A stretch of 64,000 nucleotides of DNA from Bdellovibrionia bacterium (GTDB lineage: Bacteria > Bdellovibrionota > UBA1018): positions 32,267 to 96,266 of the forward strand of contig JBMSSC010000001.1 of NCBI GenBank assembly GCA_049424145.1, written 5' to 3'. The translations under genes and the position numbers were made by a program. Positions 1-7,235 of this stretch are shown piece after piece; position 1 is the first letter of the stretch; every line of letters begins with the position of its first letter. Below the pieces are notes generated by a model, which worked only from the letters and a program-made list of their open reading frames with translations, did not search any database and was not told the DNA's origin.

Positions 1-150
1 CCCTTTCTTCAGTTCATTTTGCAGAAATTGATGAGCGCTTTTTATCCTCGTTCTTGCCCCTTGGGAAAGCTCCACACGTCGGTTTTGATAGGCGACTTCC
101 ACTACATCCTGGAGCGTCAAGGGCTGATGCCCAAGTCTCAGTGAGTCCAT
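1..150 (-). CDS. hutH: Histidine ammonia-lyase, N-terminal 50 aa (runs off the window edge)
   Basis: Not in the ORF track. Minus-strand ATG at 150 with a GGGGAGG SD translates to MDSLRLGHQPLTLQDVVEVAYQNRRVELSQGARTRIKSAHQFLQNELKKG, a typical HAL/PAL N-terminus; hutI is two genes away. Confidence 0.8.
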   Translation of the reverse strand, partial: MDSLRLGHQPLTLQDVVEVAYQNRRVELSQGARTRIKSAHQFLQNELKKG

Positions 151-190
151 GTCGTACCCTCCCCCTTCCCTTTTTTATTTTAAAACAGGT

Positions 191-841
191 TCAAAGCAAA
201 GCTCTCAGTCGTGCCAGGGCCGCCGCCCGATCCGGAGCTCCAAAAATCGCTGAGCCTGCGACAAAAACGTCGGTTCCCGCTTGGCGGAGTGCGGCGATGT
301 TTTCCAGTTGAATCCCCCCATCCACTTGAATGAAAAAGCGCCGGTGTTTTCGCATCTGCACTAAACGCTCAATTTTGGAGAGGGTGCTTGGAATGAGTTT
401 TTGTCCCCCAAACCCTGGATTGACACTCATGAGCAGCACCAAATCCACATCATCCAAGACCTCTTCAATGGCAGAAAGCGGTGTGGCCGGATTGAGGGAC
501 ACTCCAGCCTTACAGCCTTCCTCTTTGATTTGGTAGATGAGCCGATGCAAGTGGGTTGCCGCCTCAGCATGAACCGTGATCCAGGAGGCTCCTGCTTGGG
601 CAAACGGTCGAATCCAATCCTCGGGTCGACAAACCATGAGGTGACAATCTAAAGGGAGCTTCGTCCAAGGCTGAATCGTCTGAACGATGTCTGGACCAAA
701 GGTCAAGTTGGGAACAAAATGACCATCCATGATATCGATGTGAAGCCAGTCAGCTCCGGCTGCGCTCACTTCTTGGACTTCCTGGGCGAGCTTGGAGAAA
801 TCAGCAGATAAAAGGGAAGGAGCAATCAGGGCACGTTTCAT
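191..841 (-). CDS. rpe: Ribulose-phosphate 3-epimerase
   Basis: IAPSLLSADF, LHIDIMDGHFVPNLTFG, DCHLM, MSVNPGFGGQ and VDGGI motifs. Confidence 0.97.
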   Translation of the reverse strand: MKRALIAPSLLSADFSKLAQEVQEVSAAGADWLHIDIMDGHFVPNLTFGPDIVQTIQPWTKLPLDCHLMVCRPEDWIRPFAQAGASWITVHAEAATHLHRLIYQIKEEGCKAGVSLNPATPLSAIEEVLDDVDLVLLMSVNPGFGGQKLIPSTLSKIERLVQMRKHRRFFIQVDGGIQLENIAALRQAGTDVFVAGSAIFGAPDRAAALARLRALL

Positions 842-908
842 GAGCTTCGATCATAGCACTGTTGTTGAAAATCTTCCAAAAAACGCAAGCCCACGCTAAG
901 ATTTTCTC

Positions 909-2138
909 ATGATCAAAGTCCTTGTGCATGCCTCAGAAATCTTAACTGGCTCAGGAGTGCGCCTGAAAGACGGAAGAAAAGTCGGAGAAGAGGACTTAGG
1001 TCGGATCGAAGATGGTGCAGTGGTCTACAGCGTCAAACGGCGTGGAAAAAAAGAAATTCCCGACCGAATTGAGTGGGTGGGAAAAACCTCCGAGCTCCCC
1101 AAGTCGTGGGTGAAGCTTAAAAAAACCGACTTAAAAGGAGAAAGAGCAATTGTTCCTGGCCTTGTGGATTGTCACAATCACCTGATTTTCAGTGGCAGTC
1201 GTGCCAATGAGTTTTCAGCGCGGTGCGCGGGGGCAACCTATGAGCAGATCGCACAACAAGGAGGAGGCATTCTCTCGACGGTGAGATCCACTCGCATGGC
1301 CACTGAACGCGAGTTGGAACAATTGGCCACCCAACGGCTAGCTCAACTGTTTGCCCAAGGCGTGAGAACGGTGGAAATAAAAAGTGGCTATGGGCTCTCC
1401 TCAGAGTCGGAGCTGAAGATTCTCAAGGTCATCCCGCGACTCCGCAAGAGGTTTCCTGAGATGACTCTGCGTGCAACGTTCTTAGGAGCACATGCGTTTC
1501 CCCCGGATCAAACGCGCGCCTCTTATGTCAGAGAGATCGTGGAGGTGATGCTCCCTCAAGTGAGTCAGCAAGGGCTTGCTGACTCCTGCGATGTGTTCAT
1601 TGATTCAGGCTATTTTACGCTCTCAGAGGGAAGAAAGATTCTCACCAAAGCCCAAAAACTGGGCCTGAAAATCAAGGTCCATGCGGATGAACTGAGCCGC
1701 ACGGATGCTTCTGTTCTCGCCGCACAGATGGGTGCGTTATCCGCAGACCATCTGCTTCAGATCTCTCAACGAGGGATTGAAGCCTTAGCGGGCTCGCAAA
1801 CCGTGGCTGTCTTATTACCTGGAACCGCGTTTTTTCTCCAGCGACCTCAGGCACCTGCCCGAAAATTGATTGACGCGGGTGCTTGTGTGGCAATTGCAAC
1901 GGATTTTAACCCAGGCACCTGTTTCTGTCTTTCGTTGCCTGCGATTCTCACGATTGCAGCCCTGCAGTTGGGGCTTTCCTCCGCTGAGCTTTTTGCTGCT
2001 GTTACCTACAATGCGGCCAAAGCTCTGGGGCTTGAGCAGTCCAAAGGAACCATTGAGCCCGGGCGTGATGCTGATTTTTGGGTGATGCCGTTTACTTGCT
2101 TTGAAGAGGTTTACTATCGCTTGGCTTGGGCTTTTTGA
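909..2138 (+). CDS. hutI: Imidazolonepropionase
   Basis: PGLVDCHNH, GGGILSTV, VEIKSGYGL, HADEL and ATDFNPG motifs. Confidence 0.95.
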   Translation: MIKVLVHASEILTGSGVRLKDGRKVGEEDLGRIEDGAVVYSVKRRGKKEIPDRIEWVGKTSELPKSWVKLKKTDLKGERAIVPGLVDCHNHLIFSGSRANEFSARCAGATYEQIAQQGGGILSTVRSTRMATERELEQLATQRLAQLFAQGVRTVEIKSGYGLSSESELKILKVIPRLRKRFPEMTLRATFLGAHAFPPDQTRASYVREIVEVMLPQVSQQGLADSCDVFIDSGYFTLSEGRKILTKAQKLGLKIKVHADELSRTDASVLAAQMGALSADHLLQISQRGIEALAGSQTVAVLLPGTAFFLQRPQAPARKLIDAGACVAIATDFNPGTCFCLSLPAILTIAALQLGLSSAELFAAVTYNAAKALGLEQSKGTIEPGRDADFWVMPFTCFEEVYYRLAWAF

Positions 2139-2839
2139 CTCAGGCGCAACCGATGTTGAGCATATTGCTCTTTGGGTAGGTAGACGAAGAATTTGTGGAA
2201 AATCCAATAAAACGCCCCTGCCAGAAGAAAGCCCGTGACCACATCAACGAGGTAGTGTTGCTTGGTTGTCAGGGTGGACAGAGCAATGAGGGTGCCCCAG
2301 AAAAAAAAGAACGGAAACTTTTTTCTTTGGTCATCTAAAAAGATAAAAGAAGAGAGGTAAACACTGCTCACATGCAGGCTCGGGCAACAATTGGCTGAAG
2401 TATCGGCTTGTCTTAAGGTATCGAAGGCAAAGTAAGTGAGCGGGTCGAGATCCTGAGGAAGGGGGAAGAGTTCTCGCGGGTAGGTCGTGGGCCAGATCCA
2501 AAAAATCAGTACACTCACCACCTGCAGCGTCATGACTGAGTAGATGTACTTGTTGAGGTTCATGATCTCTTGACAGGTAAAATAAACGGCTCCAAAAAAA
2601 ACATACTCACTTAAGTAGATCCAGACGGTATGAGGTAAAAATGGAACTCCCTGATCGAGCCAGGACATGGGCAGGAGTCTTGGGGGAGTGATGTGGTAAT
2701 GATTACTTGTGACGTAGAGGAGAAGTCCCACTAACCCAAAGATGACGAATTGAAGGTGCTTGTTTTCCTGTGTGACGACGACAGGTAAGGCAAACGCGTT
2801 GTCCATCGGTTGAATTCGAGACTCGTTTTTTTTTCTCAT
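2114..2839 (-). CDS. PAP2-superfamily membrane protein (lipid phosphatase/phosphotransferase, AUR1/YnbD-like)
   Basis: About 6 hydrophobic segments; YPR, NCCPSLHV and STLTTKQHYLVDV catalytic motifs. Confidence 0.8.
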   Translation of the reverse strand: MRKKNESRIQPMDNAFALPVVVTQENKHLQFVIFGLVGLLLYVTSNHYHITPPRLLPMSWLDQGVPFLPHTVWIYLSEYVFFGAVYFTCQEIMNLNKYIYSVMTLQVVSVLIFWIWPTTYPRELFPLPQDLDPLTYFAFDTLRQADTSANCCPSLHVSSVYLSSFIFLDDQRKKFPFFFFWGTLIALSTLTTKQHYLVDVVTGFLLAGAFYWIFHKFFVYLPKEQYAQHRLRLSQKAQAKR

Positions 2840-3445
2840 TTAGTCCTGACCCTCTCTGAGCCACTGGGTGAGTTGTTGGTGAAAGGCGGGGCTATTCCAA
2901 TTGTGTCCTCCATCGCGAGAGAGGAGGATTTTCCCGTTTCTCCTCATGATCACAGTGAGGGGGATGGCATGAACGTTAAATCGCTCGGCGAGATCTCCAT
3001 TGGGATCTTGAAAGACGGGAAAAGGCATGGAGAACTGAGAGATCACTTTTGGGGCAATGGACTCGGCCCCCTCGTCCACGTCGATGGCTAGGACTTCAAA
3101 TCCTTGGTCATGAAATTGGTTTCTTAACGCCACAATGGAAGGCATCTCCTCCATACAAGCATCGCACCAGCTGGCCCAAAAATTAATGAGAAAAATTTTC
3201 CCAGGAATCCTGCTGAGCTGAACCTGGCTTCCGTCCAGTTGAGTGAGCTTGAGTTGGTCGAATGAGGGATCCTCAGCAGGGGCGGAAGGCGAGAGGCGGG
3301 CTGAGCTGGGGCCTTCGGGTGGGTAAATCAGTTGAATGATTTGGAGCCCACCGATCACCATGAGGAGGAGGCCTAAAAGGGGGACTAAAATCGTCCAGGG
3401 AAGGGGTTTCTTCTCTTGCTCAGATTCAGAAGGGGGTCTTGCCAT
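2840..3445 (-). CDS. TlpA/ResA-like membrane-anchored thiol-disulfide oxidoreductase
   Basis: INFWASWCDAC (CxxC), cis-Pro loop AIPLT and an N-terminal TM segment; start moved to ATG 3445 (AAGGA SD). Confidence 0.88.
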   Translation of the reverse strand: MARPPSESEQEKKPLPWTILVPLLGLLLMVIGGLQIIQLIYPPEGPSSARLSPSAPAEDPSFDQLKLTQLDGSQVQLSRIPGKIFLINFWASWCDACMEEMPSIVALRNQFHDQGFEVLAIDVDEGAESIAPKVISQFSMPFPVFQDPNGDLAERFNVHAIPLTVIMRRNGKILLSRDGGHNWNSPAFHQQLTQWLREGQD

Positions 3446-3475
3446 ACGTTCCTTTAATAGCCTAGAATAAGGGGA

Positions 3476-3712
3476 ATGCCGAAAACTTTCCACAAAAGTC
3501 TTCAGCCATCCGAGTCTGCATCCCGGAGGAGGGGGGAGCAGGGGCAAGCCCTAGTGGAGTACTTGCTCATGCTTTTGGTGGCTTTTTCTGTTGTGGGAAG
3601 CCTTTCGTTTGGCTTTAAGCGGATCCTTCTGCGAATTTGGGGCGTTTATCATAAGGAAATTTCTTCGCCCTGTCCTTCCTGCCCTCCAAACAATCCTAGT
3701 TACCGATTTTAA
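3476..3712 (+). CDS. Flp/TadE-like small prepilin
   Basis: Basic leader RRRGEQG followed by QALVEY (Glu at +5) and a hydrophobic helix; C-terminal CPSC. Confidence 0.75.
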   Translation: MPKTFHKSLQPSESASRRRGEQGQALVEYLLMLLVAFSVVGSLSFGFKRILLRIWGVYHKEISSPCPSCPPNNPSYRF

Positions 3713-3823
3713 TGAACGACGCGAGGTCAATCCATCTCGTCAAAATGGCTTCCGCCTTTCGTGTTTTTTAAAAGGGGAATGGGGATTTCTCTCTTACTCC
3801 TGAAACAAGGAGTGAGCTAGTAT

Positions 3824-5914
3824 TTGCTCTCCCGGTGTGTCATCGTTTTCGATATGACAACTAGAATAGGAATTCGCCTCCAGAAGTGGTTTCCTCTTGG
3901 TTTGTGTCTGTTTGTTTTTTTACTCGGCTTTGGGCTGAGAGGGGCCCCGGCTCACCCGGATGTCCTTTTTTCTCGAGAGCAGGAACTGGGCGTTGCATTC
4001 ATTTTTCTAGGGTTCTTCCTCGGTCTGCTCTATTGGGGCAAAGCCCTTTTAGAGATCCTTCAATTGAGTCAATTGGGGTGGATCTATGGTCTAGCTTTGG
4101 GAAGTGCTGGCTGGTCTTGTATCGGGCTTCTCTTGGGATCATTAGGCTGGATTGGGTATTCTTCTTTTTCTGCGCTGCTTTGCGGACTGTTTTTAGGGCC
4201 TCTTCTTCACTCCTATTTTTGGAGCCGATCTTGCGAGAATCAAAATCCCCCTCCGCAGCCGTTATCCGGCGCTCGAGTTTTGACTCAAGGGTTTAAAGGC
4301 ATTTCTCTTGTGGAGGGTGTGATCTTTGGGCTTTTAATCTTCGTATGGATTGGGTTCTGTTTGAATGCTTCGGGGGCTCACGGCACGAGCGATCCCTTTC
4401 TCTATCATCTTTTGGGTCCTAGGCTTTGGGTGGATGCTGGGAAGATTTATCTTCCAGGTCCGATTCCGATTACGTTTCAAGCGTCCAGTTGGGAGATGCT
4501 GCTGGTTCTCTCTCAGATTCTTCTGGGGGCACCTGAGGGTTTTGGGCTCATTGAGGGGCATTTGTTTTCTCAGTACCTTCATGTTGTGGTGGGCTTAGGA
4601 GGGGTGCTTGCGGTACTCTTTAAGCTCAGTCCCAAGGAAAGTGGCGTTCCTCGGTTTTGGATGGGCGTCGCCCTCTTAGGCGCTCTTCTGACTCCTGATC
4701 TTCGCGAGCTTTCGTGGTTAGGAAAAAATGATTGGGGGGTGCTCTTTTGGATTTGCGCAGGCACGGCCCTGCTGTTGCGGCCGCCCAGTTCATCGTGGCG
4801 GCAGAAGGCTCTTGCGGCATTTCTGCTGGGTCTGGGGTGTGCGGGCAAGCCCAATTCCCTTTTTTTTGTGATTCCAGTTTTGGGATGTTTTGCCTTGCGT
4901 CCGCTTGAAGCCGATTCTCTTCGGAAGAGATTTTTTGAGCTTCTGGGCGTTGCAGGGTGGATCCTTTTGGGTGCTGCACCCATCCTGATCCGAAACTGGG
5001 CTTACACGGGGGCTCCATTGTTTCCCTTTGTTCAGCTCGGCTTGAATCCTGAGCTCGGAGGCCCACTCTCTTCATTCGCTCAGCTCACTCCCAGTCGTCT
5101 CACCGGAACATTCACGTTTTTTCAAAGCCAACTTCGATGGGTTTTAGCGGAACACTGGGTCTACACCTGGATTGTACTTGGGCCTTTGCTGGGATCTTTT
5201 TTTCGCGATCCCTTACTTCGAAAACTATCATGGATTTTGCCCATTTCTTCACTTTGGTTTTTAGTTCTTGAAATCAATCATCAGTTTGTTCGGTGGTTGG
5301 GAGCTCCCTTGGTGCTTTCGGGTTTTTTACCCGTTCTTTTGTTGTCCGATTTGTTGAATCGTGGATCAGGGGCGTGGAGAAAGCTCGGGTTTCAATCTGG
5401 GCTAGCCTTGGTCATGGCCCTGATTTTAACATCGCAAGTGGAGGTTAAAGGATGGTGGGCTATGCTTCATCGAGGTTCCCCCACGCACGTGATTCGCAAT
5501 CCTGTGGTTCACTTGGGGGGGGACTCTAAGGCTTGGTTGCGTTTGAACGCAACGTTTGAGACCCCAATTGTGACCACGGGAGATAATCAGCTTTACTACC
5601 TCAGCTACCTTCCCGTGACGCCTCTCTCCTATGGCTTGGAGTTAAAACGGAAGCTTGAGTCTTTAAGACACTCCATTCTGATCTTTTCTCAACTCTATCA
5701 ATTTGGCTATCGATACGTCTTGGATGTCATGCACTGGGACGATCAGTACTGGACGGATTATGCGTTCACGCTGGATCGGGCTATCCTCAACCTTCCTGAG
5801 GCAATCGTTTTTATGGGGCCTAGGTCAAAAGTCATCGACCTAAAAGTGCTCGTTGAATCCATGAACCAAAGCTGCGTTGGGACAAAGGGAAGTTGGATGA
5901 CTCCGCCTACTTGA
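3824..5914 (+). CDS. Large polytopic membrane protein, probable GT-C-fold glycosyltransferase
   Basis: Many TM segments; D-x3-YHL loop (DPFLYHLLGP), GKND and RNWAYTGAPLFPF motifs. Start may be ATG 3854. Confidence 0.55.
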   Translation: MLSRCVIVFDMTTRIGIRLQKWFPLGLCLFVFLLGFGLRGAPAHPDVLFSREQELGVAFIFLGFFLGLLYWGKALLEILQLSQLGWIYGLALGSAGWSCIGLLLGSLGWIGYSSFSALLCGLFLGPLLHSYFWSRSCENQNPPPQPLSGARVLTQGFKGISLVEGVIFGLLIFVWIGFCLNASGAHGTSDPFLYHLLGPRLWVDAGKIYLPGPIPITFQASSWEMLLVLSQILLGAPEGFGLIEGHLFSQYLHVVVGLGGVLAVLFKLSPKESGVPRFWMGVALLGALLTPDLRELSWLGKNDWGVLFWICAGTALLLRPPSSSWRQKALAAFLLGLGCAGKPNSLFFVIPVLGCFALRPLEADSLRKRFFELLGVAGWILLGAAPILIRNWAYTGAPLFPFVQLGLNPELGGPLSSFAQLTPSRLTGTFTFFQSQLRWVLAEHWVYTWIVLGPLLGSFFRDPLLRKLSWILPISSLWFLVLEINHQFVRWLGAPLVLSGFLPVLLLSDLLNRGSGAWRKLGFQSGLALVMALILTSQVEVKGWWAMLHRGSPTHVIRNPVVHLGGDSKAWLRLNATFETPIVTTGDNQLYYLSYLPVTPLSYGLELKRKLESLRHSILIFSQLYQFGYRYVLDVMHWDDQYWTDYAFTLDRAILNLPEAIVFMGPRSKVIDLKVLVESMNQSCVGTKGSWMTPPT

Positions 5915-5921
5915 TGGGGCT

Positions 5922-6590
5922 CTAGTTCTTCCGCCGCGTTGATGTCTTCGTCTTTGCGTAAGTCAGGAAGATCTCATCCCCCAAGACGGTGCATTGTCTG
6001 AGCTTGAGGTTCAAAACCTCGCTGGGTTTAAATCCTTGGCCATCGACCAACGAGGGAGCTGTGGCGCCGCCTACGATCTTTGGGGTGAGCGTGACATGGT
6101 ACTCATCGATCAAGTTTTGGCTAGCAAAGTCCCACATGACGCCCCCTCCTCCTTCGACTAAGATTCGGGTCAGGTTCTGGGCTTTTAAGTGAGTTAAAAT
6201 TTGGCGAGCCACTGGGTGTTTGGGGCCCGGTTTTTTTAGGAGCACCACCTCCGAGCTTCGAGAGAAGCGCATGAGGGTGGATTTTTCAATCCCTTCGGTG
6301 ACAAAGAGGATTCGGCGAATCTTGGAGCTTTTAAAAAACGGCCAGCGCGGATCTAAGCCTGCTAATCGAGAACTGATCAGAATATTGATGGGTTGCTTGG
6401 TCTGTCCTGAGATGACGCAGGGTTTTTGATAGACTCTCATGGTGGAGGCTCCCATCACGATGGCATCACAACGCCTTCTTAAGACTTCCATCTGTTTGAG
6501 GTCCTCTGCCGTTCCTAAGGGAAAGAAGGAGCGTTCACAGGTTGCGATTTTTCCATCCAGACTCATGGCAAGGTTTGAGAAAACAAACAT
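5922..6590 (-). CDS. Stand-alone RibD C-terminal (DHFR-fold) reductase
   Basis: AMSLDGKIA, DAIVMGAST, LVEGGG and LIDEYHVTLTPKIVGG motifs; no deaminase domain. Confidence 0.88.
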   Translation of the reverse strand: MFVFSNLAMSLDGKIATCERSFFPLGTAEDLKQMEVLRRRCDAIVMGASTMRVYQKPCVISGQTKQPINILISSRLAGLDPRWPFFKSSKIRRILFVTEGIEKSTLMRFSRSSEVVLLKKPGPKHPVARQILTHLKAQNLTRILVEGGGGVMWDFASQNLIDEYHVTLTPKIVGGATAPSLVDGQGFKPSEVLNLKLRQCTVLGDEIFLTYAKTKTSTRRKN

Positions 6591-6593
6591 GGA

Positions 6594-7235
6594 TCAACTC
6601 TCCTTGGATTGGGATGATTGAGGAGTGGGGGGGGTCTTTTTGTTCCCTAAGTACTGAAGCGCAATGAAGAAGATCTCCTTGCTTTCCTTGCGGGTGCTTT
6701 TAGGTCTTAACACTTCAATTCGGGCAAACTGGGCTCTGAGTTGCTTTCTTAAGCCTTCAAATTCGTCGCTGTGAAACAGCTTGCAGATAAAGGTGCCCTT
6801 GGGTTTTAAAAACAGTTCAGCACAGCTAAACGCTTTTTGGCAAAGCTCCAGCGAGCGAGCTTGGTCGGTGACTCGAATCCCGGTGGTTTTAGGGGCCATG
6901 TCCGAGAGCACCACATCAAAGGGGGGGCTGATGGAAGTCTGCTCAAATAACTTCTCCAAGGAGAGTTCTCTTAGGTCGCCTTGGAAAAAATAAGCATTGG
7001 GCAAAGTCAGTTCAATGGCTTGAAGATCGACGCCCAGGAGTCGTCCTTTGGGTCCAATTCTCTCAGACGCATACTGAGACCAGGAGCCGGGTGCCGCACC
7101 TAAGTCCAGCATCTTTTGAGCGGGTTTGAAAACCTTAAAGCGCTCGTCGATCTCTTTGAGCTTAAAGATGGAGCGGGCGACATAGTTTTCCTTCTTTGCT
7201 TGGAGAAAATAATAGTCTCTTGGATCGTACGCCAC
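6594..7235 (-). CDS. rlmE: 23S rRNA Um2552 methyltransferase RlmE/FtsJ
   Basis: ARSIFKL, LDLGAAPGSWSQ, VLSDMAP and KPKSTRKESKE-type motifs. Confidence 0.96.
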   Translation of the reverse strand: MAYDPRDYYFLQAKKENYVARSIFKLKEIDERFKVFKPAQKMLDLGAAPGSWSQYASERIGPKGRLLGVDLQAIELTLPNAYFFQGDLRELSLEKLFEQTSISPPFDVVLSDMAPKTTGIRVTDQARSLELCQKAFSCAELFLKPKGTFICKLFHSDEFEGLRKQLRAQFARIEVLRPKSTRKESKEIFFIALQYLGNKKTPPTPQSSQSKES

